From contig CAWDOD010000011.1 of assembly GCA_963803805.1 (NCBI GenBank), positions 416,001-480,000 of the forward strand: 64,000 nucleotides of DNA, read 5' to 3'. The notes under the pieces are model-generated. The model had not been told where the DNA came from. It saw nothing but the letters and a program-made list of their open reading frames with translations, and made no database searches. Below are positions 39,497 to 48,988 of this stretch, in pieces. Numbering within the stretch: position 1 is the stretch's first letter; each line of letters opens with the position of its first letter. The position numbers were made by a program, and so were the translations under genes. Origin of the DNA: an uncultured cyanobacterium (GTDB lineage: Bacteria; Cyanobacteriota; Cyanobacteriia; Cyanobacteriales; CAWCAG01).

Positions 39497-41251
39497 ATGA
39501 CCTCAAGGGATGATTTAAGAGAGGCGATTAAGGCAGGCAAGTTAGCTGATGCCCTAGTGATGGCAATGAGTAATGCGGTAGAGTTGAACATCACTACCTG
39601 GATTACTTCAGAAGATAATAACTCAGAGTTAGCTAAGCAAAAAAAGCCAGAAAGAAGTCTGCGTAGTCAAATCAACTTAGTTGAGGGCAAAATCAAAAAT
39701 GAAGTAGGGGAACAATTTGTTGATAGCAATACCCATAAAGAATTGAAGCGGTTTCACCTCGAACAGGTATTGCAAGGCAATAAAACAATTAGAGATAATA
39801 TTGTAAGTTTACAAAAACTATTTCAGCTATTACAGGCAATCCAAAAACATCAAGGGGATAAAGCACTTTCTCAAGAAGCTTTACTAGATTTATTTAGTTC
39901 CACAGTTTCTAGTGAAGCAGAAATAAATCTAGTTTCTCCTGGGGCTACAACCCTAGAAGTAGAATCAGAAGAACCAGAGGTAGATGACGACTGGGATGAT
40001 TCTGTGTTGGATATTTTTGAATCTCTTCCTAATCAAGAAGCTTCAGATGATATTCCCTTTAGCCCTAATTCGGAAACGGAGTTAGTGATAGAAGCTTCGG
40101 GAAGCGATTTGTTGATGCCAACTCCAGAAATGCCAACTACTGATTTAGAAATAGAAGATTGGGAAGAAGCAAAGGTAGAATTTCAGTCTGTTGAGTCAGA
40201 GTGGGAAGATGAAACTACCGAAGAGAGTGTTTTGAGTTTAGATGATTTAGATGTTACCCCAGAAGAGGAAGAAGATTGGGGGGATTTATTAGAAGAAGAA
40301 GAATCTACATCAGCACAAAGATTAGTTGGGTTAGAGGAAGAAGTTGAAGTTGAGTTAGAACCAGAATTTGTTGTTAAACAAGAGAGGGATGCAATATCTC
40401 CTCAAGTTATTCAAGAGGTTATTGAGGAAGAGGAAGAGGAAGACTGGGGAGATTATTTAGTAACAGAAACTTCTGATAATCTAGAAAGTGTTGCTGAAGC
40501 GAGAGAGGATAATTCTTCTGAAATAGAAACCATTGAAGCAGAATCTGCGACAGTTATTCAAGAGGTTATTGAGGAAGAGGAAGAGGAAGACTGGGGAGAT
40601 TATTTAGTAGCAGAAACTCCTGATAATCTAGAAATTGTTGCTGAAGTACGAGAAGATAATTCTTCTGAAATAGAAACCATTGAAGCAGAATCTGCGACAG
40701 TTATTCAAGAAGCTATTGAGGGAGAGGAAGAAGAAGATTGGGGAGATTATTTAGTCGTAGAAACTCCTGGTGATTCAGAAATTGTTACTCAAGTACAAGA
40801 AGATAATTCTTCTGAAGAAGAAGATTTCTTTGTCACAGAAGCAAAAGCAAATGTTTTTGAATCTGAGTCCCTAACAGAAGATGATGATGAAGATTGGGGA
40901 GATTGGTTAGAAGAAGAAACTGATTCAATACCAGAGGAATTTGTAGAAATAACTCCTTCTGGTGTAACAACTTACCAAGCCCCCATTGTTCCTAACCTTG
41001 ACTCCTTAGACTTAGAAGATGATGATGATTGGGAAAAAGAGGAACAAACTATTGATACCTTTGCTGTTTCCTATGATGAGGCTACTTTGTTAGATTCAGA
41101 TTTTGAGGAAGATTGGGATGAGTTTTCTATTGAAGAATTAGAACCTTACTCTAACCTAAATATTGAGGAATCAAAAGAGCAACAAATGCCTTCGGAAACT
41201 GTTAAGGGCGACTTAAATCAAGATAAGGAAGATAAAACTAATGACAAATGA
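39497..41251 (+). CDS. Hypothetical protein, member 2; shared N-terminal domain plus a very acidic DWGD-repeat tail
   Basis: First ~120 aa align with 38945-39334; the rest is E/D-rich with repeated (E/D)nDWGD motifs. Confidence 0.8.
   Translation: MTSRDDLREAIKAGKLADALVMAMSNAVELNITTWITSEDNNSELAKQKKPERSLRSQINLVEGKIKNEVGEQFVDSNTHKELKRFHLEQVLQGNKTIRDNIVSLQKLFQLLQAIQKHQGDKALSQEALLDLFSSTVSSEAEINLVSPGATTLEVESEEPEVDDDWDDSVLDIFESLPNQEASDDIPFSPNSETELVIEASGSDLLMPTPEMPTTDLEIEDWEEAKVEFQSVESEWEDETTEESVLSLDDLDVTPEEEEDWGDLLEEEESTSAQRLVGLEEEVEVELEPEFVVKQERDAISPQVIQEVIEEEEEEDWGDYLVTETSDNLESVAEAREDNSSEIETIEAESATVIQEVIEEEEEEDWGDYLVAETPDNLEIVAEVREDNSSEIETIEAESATVIQEAIEGEEEEDWGDYLVVETPGDSEIVTQVQEDNSSEEEDFFVTEAKANVFESESLTEDDDEDWGDWLEEETDSIPEEFVEITPSGVTTYQAPIVPNLDSLDLEDDDDWEKEEQTIDTFAVSYDEATLLDSDFEEDWDEFSIEELEPYSNLNIEESKEQQMPSETVKGDLNQDKEDKTNDK
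40406..40820 (+). repeat. 147-bp (49-aa) coding tandem repeat, about 2.8 copies
   Basis: GTTATTCAAGA at 40406, 40553 and 40700. Confidence 0.9.
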
Positions 41252-42101
41252 ACTTAAAAGGAATACTAATGAAGGAGATATTTCCCATTTTAGTTTACAA
41301 AAAAGTCTCAATAATTTTGTGGCTTCTATGGGTAATGTCCTCACGGATATTACGGCATTAGAAGTAAATACCATGGTAGTTGACCACATTAGTGGTGACA
41401 AGTTTATGCCTTGGAAAACTTATCAAGATATCTATGCCATTGATCGGGCTTATTTAAAACAACACGAGGTTCATCAATCTTTGTGGGAACCTTATATGGA
41501 ACTACGCAAAGAACTCGAACTTAACTATATGTCTCTTCTTGGTGATCCAGATTCTAGCTTATACAGTCCCCAAAAAGTATCTTCTATGAAAGGGGAATCT
41601 GAGGCGATTAGCGATCCGAATGGGACAATGGAAGAGATGGTTACAGGATTGCCAAATCCTTTCGATCAAGATAGTCCCAAAGAACAAGGAGATATCCGTA
41701 GTTTGTTTGCCGATAGTCGTTTCTTGCGCTGTTTGCGTAAAATGGGAGAATTGAAAACTGCTTTAGATAATCGCAACCGTTCCTTAATTGAAGAAACAGC
41801 AGAACATGAAAGTTATGTAGCTTCGGAAGTCATTGAAAATACGGTTAAAACTGATATTATCTATGCTCAAACAGTAATTCAGCTTGATGGTGATATTATT
41901 AACCGTTTTTCCGATAAAATATTCGATCATCCCCATCGAGATTTAATTCTACAAATCCACAAAATTAGTGTCGAAAATGGTGAAAAAGAATGGCGGGGTT
42001 TATTGGGATTTGTTATTGATATAGTCCAAGCTGGTTTAGAAAAAGGTATTGGTACTGGGCTAAATTTTATAGGACGTAGCAATAATTCTGACAAAAATTG
42101 A
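41241..42101 (+). CDS. Hypothetical protein, member 3
   Basis: Overlaps the upstream stop codon; ITALEVNTMVV and YAQTVIQLDGDIINRF...IHKISVENG. Confidence 0.8.
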   Translation: MTNELKRNTNEGDISHFSLQKSLNNFVASMGNVLTDITALEVNTMVVDHISGDKFMPWKTYQDIYAIDRAYLKQHEVHQSLWEPYMELRKELELNYMSLLGDPDSSLYSPQKVSSMKGESEAISDPNGTMEEMVTGLPNPFDQDSPKEQGDIRSLFADSRFLRCLRKMGELKTALDNRNRSLIEETAEHESYVASEVIENTVKTDIIYAQTVIQLDGDIINRFSDKIFDHPHRDLILQIHKISVENGEKEWRGLLGFVIDIVQAGLEKGIGTGLNFIGRSNNSDKN

Positions 42102-42247
42102 TAATTGTAGTGGGATACCGCACCGGCGTAATGAAGTCGAAACAAAACACCACCAAAGTTACGCATCCGCAAGGGGACAAGGGGAAGGGAATGCGCACAG
42201 ATTGATAATTAAAAAGGTAACAAGGATAGAGAATTTTTAGTTGAGAT

Positions 42248-43027
42248 GTGAACAATAATCGTCTTCAAAAAGAAACAGAGAAAATAGATTCTCAAAAGAG
42301 CGTAGGCAAAGCCCACCGGAGATATCGCCATTTGTTAAAAACTTTAAATTTGGATGATTATATTCAAGTAATTAAAGAACGAGATCAGCACAAGCAGGAA
42401 GTTATTTACGGTTTTAATCTTAACTTGAATTCAGAAGTAATTTCTTTATTTAAAGAAGTCCAAACAGATAAAATTACTGTTAAACTTAGCAAAAAATTAC
42501 TCAATGATTTTCGCTACTATGCTCTTTTTGGTCAAGGAAATAGCTTTGATACAGGAATGACTTTTTGTACTTATTACCAGCAGGATGACTTTTCTCAACC
42601 AGTAATAAGAAGTTTTATTTCTCTTGATGGAGATATTGTTCAACAAATTGGCAATGATTGCTTAACTTCGCCACAACTTACCTTAGATATTATTCGCACT
42701 CACTATTGGTTAATCAACTGTTTAATTGCTGAATTACGCCTAGATATGACCAATAAGTTAAATGGGATTTCTTGGTTACTATCTTTATTAACTGTAGGAG
42801 GATTTAGTGCTACTAATTTAGAACAAATTCAAAACTTAGACCCAATTACCTATTTTGTACCAATTATTATGTCTTGGTTTTTTAAACAAGGTTTTCAAAG
42901 ATTACTATGGTTAATTGTACCTCGTTTAGGACGTTGGTTTGTACGGCAAATGTTATTTGGTATTTTCTCAAAGACGCAAAAAATGAGAGAAATGGCTTTG
43001 AAGGTTTTGGGGACAATTGGAGTTTGA
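42248..43027 (+). CDS. Hypothetical membrane protein, member 4
   Basis: IRSFISLDGDIVQQIG...THYWL followed by hydrophobic C-terminal segments. Confidence 0.72.
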   Translation: MNNNRLQKETEKIDSQKSVGKAHRRYRHLLKTLNLDDYIQVIKERDQHKQEVIYGFNLNLNSEVISLFKEVQTDKITVKLSKKLLNDFRYYALFGQGNSFDTGMTFCTYYQQDDFSQPVIRSFISLDGDIVQQIGNDCLTSPQLTLDIIRTHYWLINCLIAELRLDMTNKLNGISWLLSLLTVGGFSATNLEQIQNLDPITYFVPIIMSWFFKQGFQRLLWLIVPRLGRWFVRQMLFGIFSKTQKMREMALKVLGTIGV

Positions 43028-43099
43028 CGAGAGGATAAGAAGAAAGGTATTTTTTTTAAAACTAGGATTAACCTATTACTTATTACCTATTACTTACAA

Positions 43100-44089
43100 G
43101 TGTTAATTACTAAGCAACCAGTTTTTCAAAGATTTTGGTATCCAGTAATACCGCGATCGCACTTATTAAAACAGCCCCAGGAATTTGAATTGTTGGGACA
43201 AAAAATTGTTTTGTGGTTAGATAATTCCGGTCAAGCAGTAGCAGCAAAGAACCGTTGTTGTCATCGTTCAGCACAACTATCTCAGGGTAAAGTAATAGAT
43301 GGTAATCTTGTTTGCCCTTACCATGGTTGGAGGTTTAATAGTGAGGGAAATTGCGTTAAAGTACCCCAGTTAGAAGATAGTAGCCAGATACCTAAAACTT
43401 ATCAAATCAAAACCTATAGTTGTCAAGAACGTTATGGTTATATTTGGGTTTGTTTAGGAGAACCTCTTAATAAAATTCCTGAAATAGTTGAAGCTGAAGA
43501 TCCTAACTTTCGCCTCATTCCAGAATTTTATGAAACCTGGAATTGTGCGGGATTAAGGGTAATGGAAAATGAGCTTGATTTGGCTCATCCTACCTTCGTT
43601 CATACCACTACTTTTGGTAGTGAAGCTCATCCCATTCCCGATGCAATAGAAGCGAGAGAAACAGAATATGGCATTCATAGTTGGGCAACTTTAAGGGTGG
43701 TTAATCCGGAACAACAGCAACAAAACCTAAAAATAAGTGCGGGCATAGTTACCCGAACTTTAGATATGAAATGGTATTTACCTTTTACTGCCAAAATACG
43801 CATTAATTATCCCAATGGTTTGGTTCATATTATTGTTAATACTGCCACTCCTATTAACGATTGTAGTTCTAAAATCGTTCAATTTTGTTTGCGAAACGAT
43901 ACCGAAGCCGAAACTAAAGCCAAAGATGTAATTGCTTTTGATCGGGCAGTAACTTTAGAAGATAAAGCAATATTAGAAACCACAGATTATGATGTTCCTT
44001 TGGATCTAAAAATAGAACAGCATATGATGACTGATAAGCCAGGTATTTTGATGCGAAAAAAGTTAAGCCAGTTGATCAGTGAGCAATAA
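43100..44089 (+). CDS. Rieske non-heme iron oxygenase alpha subunit (VanA-like)
   Basis: CCHR...CPYHGW Rieske motif; ENELDLAHPTFVH iron site. Confidence 0.9.
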   Translation: MLITKQPVFQRFWYPVIPRSHLLKQPQEFELLGQKIVLWLDNSGQAVAAKNRCCHRSAQLSQGKVIDGNLVCPYHGWRFNSEGNCVKVPQLEDSSQIPKTYQIKTYSCQERYGYIWVCLGEPLNKIPEIVEAEDPNFRLIPEFYETWNCAGLRVMENELDLAHPTFVHTTTFGSEAHPIPDAIEARETEYGIHSWATLRVVNPEQQQQNLKISAGIVTRTLDMKWYLPFTAKIRINYPNGLVHIIVNTATPINDCSSKIVQFCLRNDTEAETKAKDVIAFDRAVTLEDKAILETTDYDVPLDLKIEQHMMTDKPGILMRKKLSQLISEQ

Positions 44090-44321
44090 TCATTATTTGG
44101 CTTGCCGTTTTTGTAGACTAATAGGAAATAAGCCCTAAAACCCTCTCCCCATCAAACCTAATAAGTAAATTAAATGCCTGACAGCTTACCCCTTACCTAG
44201 CCTTTTTAGAAGTAAATATGAGAAGTAAATGAAATAAATATGACTACAATATGACAATAATCAAATAAAAAATTCTGTTAAACTAAAGTTGTTTAAATAC
44301 TTTTTTAGTAAATATAATTAA

Positions 44322-44888
44322 TTGATGGAATTAGTAAATATTTCTCTAATCGGTGTTGGTTTAGCGGCTGATGCTTGTGCTGTTTCTTTAAGTAGCGGTT
44401 TGGTTATTAGACATATTAAAATCAATAAAGCCCTGAAAATTGCCTTGGCATTTGGCATCTTTCAAGGAATAATGCCTTTAATTGGCTGGCTAACTGGATT
44501 GGCTTTTCGTGAATTTATTATCTATGTAGATCATTGGATTGCTTTTATTTTACTAACTGTTATTGGTGGCAGAATGATCTATCAAGCTTGTCAAGAAGAA
44601 ACGGAAACTAAATTTAATCCCTTAGATAACTACACTTTATTAGGACTAGCGATCGCAACTAGTATAGACGCTTTAGCCGTTGGCTTAAGTTTGTCGGTTT
44701 TAAAAATTTCCATTCTTTCAGCAGCAGCGATTATTGGTATTATCACTTTTGGTTTATCATTAATCAGTGTTTATCTGGGACATAAATGGGGAAATCTCTG
44801 TAAGTTGAAATTAGAATTGATCGGCGGAGTTATTTTGATTTTTATTGGTAGTAAAATTTTGATGACTCATTTGTTCAATAATGGCTAA
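44322..44888 (+). CDS. mntP: Manganese efflux pump MntP family
   Basis: GLAADACAVS, FQGIMPLIG, DHWIAF, ATSIDALAVG. Confidence 0.88.
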   Translation: MMELVNISLIGVGLAADACAVSLSSGLVIRHIKINKALKIALAFGIFQGIMPLIGWLTGLAFREFIIYVDHWIAFILLTVIGGRMIYQACQEETETKFNPLDNYTLLGLAIATSIDALAVGLSLSVLKISILSAAAIIGIITFGLSLISVYLGHKWGNLCKLKLELIGGVILIFIGSKILMTHLFNNG

Positions 44889-44983
44889 TTGTTCATCAAA
44901 AGTAGGAAAGAGTTACCGTTTTTTTCAACTAAGAGAACTCCCATAAATCAACAAATAAAATATCCTCACCAAGTATAAAATTT

Positions 44984-45027
44984 TAGCAACTAGCCATTAG
45001 CAACTAGCAACTAGCCATTAGCAACTG
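44984..45027. repeat. Heptamer repeats (TAGCAAC/TAGCCAT)n
   Basis: About 6 tandem 7-mers; reverse complement of the GCTAATG/GCTAGTT family. Confidence 0.75.
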
Positions 45028-45086
45028 CTAATATACAAAATATAGAAGGTTCGTCTGCGTAGAAATAACTATAATCTTTTAAGCTT

Positions 45087-48000
45087 ATGCCAGTAATTAC
45101 GGTTCGGGAAGAAGGGCAGACGGAGACAGGATTTAGGGCTAGTTTACATTTTGATGGGGTGGGGAATTTTCCTTTAACTATCACCGAACCCTTTACATCG
45201 AAGCAGGAAGGGGAGTTGGAGTGGTATTTTGAGAGGTGGTTGAATCGCCCTCACCTGAATCAAGTTAAGGCAGAAAGGGCGGCGGGGAGTGTGAGAGATT
45301 ATGGGGAGGATTTGTTTAAGCAGGTATTTAAAAGTGATTTTGATGCTTATGGTGAGTATAAGCAGTTGCGGGGGAATTTATCAGAAGTAGAAATAGTGAT
45401 TGAAAGTCGTACTCCGGAGTTTCAGGCTTTGCATTGGGAGGCGATGTTAGATCCGGATTTGCCTCGCCCTTTGGCTGTGGATGCGGTGATGGTAAGGAAG
45501 ACGGTTAAAAGGGTGGCGGTAGAAGGAGAGGTTGATGTTTCTCCGGTGATTAATTTGTTGGTGGTGACTGCCCGCCCGAATGAAGATGATGATATTGCTT
45601 ATCGGGCAACTTCTCGCCCTTTAATCGCTGCAATTGAGAATAGTCAAGTGCCTGTGAATGTGGATTTGTTGCGCCCTGGTACTTATGAAGCTTTGGTTAG
45701 GCATTTGGAGGAAAAGCAGGCGGGTTTTTATCATATTATCCATTTTGATGGACATGGTAGTTTGGCGAGTTATGAACAGTTAAAAAGTATTGTTGAGAGT
45801 CCTTCTAAGCTGCTTAAGCGCTACGGTAGAGAAGATTTAGAAGCTTATGAAGGGGTGAAAGCTTTTCTCTATTTTGAAGGAGAAAAGAAAGGGAATGCAG
45901 ATCCGGTGGAAGCGCAAGAGTTTACTGATTTGTTGACGGGAAAGAGGATTCCGGTTTGCATTTTGGATGCTTGTCAGTCGGGGAAGCAGATTAGGGAAAT
46001 GGGGAAATGGGGAGATGGGGGGAAAGAGGAAGCGGAGATTAATGGAGGCAGAGAATCTTCCCAAGACAATTCTAGAGATTCCTCCGAGGCGGAAACTAGC
46101 CTGGGTAGTCGTTTGATGGCGGCGGGGATGCAGATGGTTATTGCTATGAGTTATTCTGTCACTGTTTCGGCTGCTGGGTTGTTGATGGCAGAAATGTATC
46201 GTCATCTTTGTGACAAAAAGTCTTTCCGGGAAGCCATTAGGTTGGGGCGGTTGGAGTTGTTTAACAACAAGGAGAGAAAGGCTGGTTGGAATCAAACTAT
46301 TAAATTAGAAGATTGGTTATTACCAGTGGTTTATTCCCATCGCCCTGTTGAATTGGGTTTGCGGGAATTTACCCCCCAGGAAGAAGAGGATTTTTATAAT
46401 TCCCAAGGGGATGAATATCGCTTTCCGCAACCGGAATATGGTTTTCTGGGGAGGGAGTTGGAGATATTGAAGATTGAAAAGGCTTTGTTGCGCCACAATA
46501 TCCTTTTGTTGCAAGGTATGGGAGGGACAGGCAAAACTACCCTGTTGAATTATTTGCGGGAATGGTGGCAAGTTACCAACTTTGCGGAGAAGATATTTTA
46601 TTTTGGTTATGATGAGAAGCCTTGGAGTTTAGAACAAATTGTTCACAACTTGGGTAAGGGAATTTATGACAGGTTTAAGCAAGCAAGCTTCCAAGCCATG
46701 AATCCCAAGGCACAGGCACAGAAGTTAATTAAGGAGTTGAAAAGTAACAATTATATTCTCATCCTCGATAACCTAGAATCTGTGACGGGGCAACAGTTGG
46801 CAATTCAAAATACCCTGACGAAGGAACAACAGGAAGAGTTACGCAACTTCCTTAGCCAGTTAAAGGGCGGTAAAACTAAAATAATTTTCGGTTCCCGCAG
46901 TGGGGAAGAGTGGCTGCAAAAGCAAACCTTTCAAAGCAACAGCTATCAACTCCCCGGCTTAGATCCCCAATCCCGTTCAACTTTGGCAGAGAGAATCTTG
47001 CAACGTCAGGTAGGGGATGAGGAAAAGATTACTAATTATCGCCAAAGTGAAGATTTTAACCGCTTGATGACATTGTTGGGGGGTTATCCTTTAGCCATGG
47101 AAGTTGTCTTAGCTAACCTGAAGCAACAAACTCCCACGGAAGTTTTGGCAGGGATGGAAGCCGGGGAAATTGCTTTGGATAGCGGGAGTGAGGAGAAGAC
47201 GGCGAGTATTGTTAAATGTGTGGAATATTCCCACAGTAACTTATCTCCGCAAGCACAAAGGTTATTGTTGTGTTTAGCACCTTTTCGGAAATTTATTGAT
47301 AGCCGGGATATTCCTAATTATGCCAAGCAGTTGCAGAAGTTAGCACCTTTTCAAAGTTACGACTTTACTAACTTTGCTGGGGCGATTGAGGAGGCGATTA
47401 GTTGGGGTTTGCTTTCGCCCATGGGAGATGATTCTCCTTTGCTGACGATACAGCCGGTATTTCCCTATTTTTTGAAGACGAAATTAAAAGAATTGGAGGA
47501 GGAGACTGGGGCAGCATTGGAGGAGGGGTTTAAAAATCATTACGTTGCTTTGGCGAATTATTATAATCATTTGATGGAGTCTAAGGAGGCGGAAAAGAGG
47601 AAGTTAGGCATCTTTTTCTGTGGCTTGGAATATGAGAATCTTTATAGTGCTTTGCAGGTTTGTTTGCGGAAGCAGGAAACTGTGGATATTTTCTTTTGCT
47701 TGGATCAGTACTTAGAGTTGATTAATGATATTCCTAGTGGGTTGAAGTTAGCAGAGTTTGTGGTTGAGGTGCAGGTTGCTTATCCGGAAGAAATTAGAAG
47801 GGGTGAGATAGGTTGGGAAATAGTTATGGCACAGGATAGATTGGCTTACTGTTACTTGGAAATGCAACGTTACCAAGAAGCTAAGGAAGCTTATGGGAAA
47901 GTAGCAGAGTTGTCTCAAGAATTAACAGGAATAGAAGAGAAGGAAAAGCAAAAGTATTTAGCTACTACCCGGCATAACTTGGGATATGTAGCCCAGGAGT

Positions 48001-48776
48001 TACGGGAGTTTGCCCAGGCACAGCAGTACTATCAACAAGCTTTGGATATCAAAATTGCCTATGGGGATACCCACTCCCAAGCTAGTACCCTGCATCAGTT
48101 GGGAAGAGTGGCACAGGAGTCACGGGAGTTTGCCCAGGCACAGCAGTATTATCAACAAGCTTTGGATATCTATGTTGAATATGGGGATACCTACTCCCAA
48201 GCTGGAACCCTGCATGACTTGGGATATGTAGCCCAGGAGTCACGGGAGTTTGCCCAGGCACAGCAGTACTATCAACAAGCTTTGGATATCAAAATTGCCT
48301 ATGGCGATACCCACTCTCAAGCTAGTACCCTGCATCACTTGGGATATGTAGCCCAGGAGTCACGGGAGTTTGCCCAGGCACAGCAGTACTATCAACAAGC
48401 TTTGGATATCAAAATTGCCTATGGCGATACCCACTCTCAAGCTAAAACCCTGCATCACTTGGGAATGGTGGCACAGGAGTTACGGGAGTTTGCCCAGGCA
48501 CAGCAGTACTTTCAACAAGCTTTTGATATCTATGTTGAATATGGCGATCGCTACTCCCAAGGTGGAATCCTTGGACAATTAGGCTTGTTAGCAGAGGCTC
48601 AGGAGGATTATGAGCAAGCAAGGAGTTATTTGCAGCAAGCTTTAGAGATTTATGTAGAGTTTCAGGATGAATATTATATTGAGGTGGTGCAACGGAATTT
48701 GGAGAGGCTGGGGAATCGGGAAAAGGAAGTGAAAAGATTGCTGTTGAGATTAAAAGCTTTTTACGAGAATCTTTAG
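45087..48776 (+). CDS. CHAT protease domain + P-loop NTPase (STAND-like) + TPR protein
   Basis: CHAT dyad HFDGHG and LDACQSG; Walker A GMGGTGKT, Walker B ILILDNLE, GYPLA; C-terminal 40-aa TPRs. Confidence 0.88.
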   Translation: MPVITVREEGQTETGFRASLHFDGVGNFPLTITEPFTSKQEGELEWYFERWLNRPHLNQVKAERAAGSVRDYGEDLFKQVFKSDFDAYGEYKQLRGNLSEVEIVIESRTPEFQALHWEAMLDPDLPRPLAVDAVMVRKTVKRVAVEGEVDVSPVINLLVVTARPNEDDDIAYRATSRPLIAAIENSQVPVNVDLLRPGTYEALVRHLEEKQAGFYHIIHFDGHGSLASYEQLKSIVESPSKLLKRYGREDLEAYEGVKAFLYFEGEKKGNADPVEAQEFTDLLTGKRIPVCILDACQSGKQIREMGKWGDGGKEEAEINGGRESSQDNSRDSSEAETSLGSRLMAAGMQMVIAMSYSVTVSAAGLLMAEMYRHLCDKKSFREAIRLGRLELFNNKERKAGWNQTIKLEDWLLPVVYSHRPVELGLREFTPQEEEDFYNSQGDEYRFPQPEYGFLGRELEILKIEKALLRHNILLLQGMGGTGKTTLLNYLREWWQVTNFAEKIFYFGYDEKPWSLEQIVHNLGKGIYDRFKQASFQAMNPKAQAQKLIKELKSNNYILILDNLESVTGQQLAIQNTLTKEQQEELRNFLSQLKGGKTKIIFGSRSGEEWLQKQTFQSNSYQLPGLDPQSRSTLAERILQRQVGDEEKITNYRQSEDFNRLMTLLGGYPLAMEVVLANLKQQTPTEVLAGMEAGEIALDSGSEEKTASIVKCVEYSHSNLSPQAQRLLLCLAPFRKFIDSRDIPNYAKQLQKLAPFQSYDFTNFAGAIEEAISWGLLSPMGDDSPLLTIQPVFPYFLKTKLKELEEETGAALEEGFKNHYVALANYYNHLMESKEAEKRKLGIFFCGLEYENLYSALQVCLRKQETVDIFFCLDQYLELINDIPSGLKLAEFVVEVQVAYPEEIRRGEIGWEIVMAQDRLAYCYLEMQRYQEAKEAYGKVAELSQELTGIEEKEKQKYLATTRHNLGYVAQELREFAQAQQYYQQALDIKIAYGDTHSQASTLHQLGRVAQESREFAQAQQYYQQALDIYVEYGDTYSQAGTLHDLGYVAQESREFAQAQQYYQQALDIKIAYGDTHSQASTLHHLGYVAQESREFAQAQQYYQQALDIKIAYGDTHSQAKTLHHLGMVAQELREFAQAQQYFQQAFDIYVEYGDRYSQGGILGQLGLLAEAQEDYEQARSYLQQALEIYVEFQDEYYIEVVQRNLERLGNREKEVKRLLLRLKAFYENL
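47961..48560 (+). repeat. Five near-identical 120-bp (40-aa TPR) coding repeats
   Basis: CGGGAGTTTGCCCAGGCACAGCAGTA recurs at an exact 120-nt period. Confidence 0.92.
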
Positions 48777-48988
48777 CAACGGAACTACACTTAGTATCTG
48801 GTCAAATTTCTAATTATCGTCTAGCCTTAGCTGATGCTGGAATTGAGAGAAAACTTTATCTAGCTGTTGTCAGTCAAGCTTATCAAAAGATAATTGGTAA
48901 GCGGTTTGCACAAAGAATTATTGAATATAATCAGATTAATATAATTGTTGTTGACTCTATCAGAGAGGAGGTAGTGCAGTGGCTTTAG
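48722..48988 (+). pseudogene. xisH: 5'-truncated xisH remnant
   Basis: Frame without a start reads KGSEKIAVEIKSFLRESLATELHLVSGQISNYRLAL...RKLYLAV...EEVVQWL*; lies directly upstream of and overlaps xisI. Confidence 0.85.

Noticed and set aside
42107-42200. tRNA gene
   Set aside because: No TTCGA T-loop or cloverleaf pairing on either strand
44100-44321. yybP-ykoY Mn riboswitch upstream of mntP
   Set aside because: The region is very AT-rich and I could not find the conserved motif; an Rfam search would settle it
47961-48560. Diversity-generating retroelement TR/VR pair
   Set aside because: Repeats are in-frame tandem TPR units, differences are not confined to adenines, and no reverse transcriptase is present
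48010-48582. Two similar ~70-aa ORFs (MPRHSSTINK...)
   Set aside because: Out-of-frame readings of the 120-bp TPR repeats
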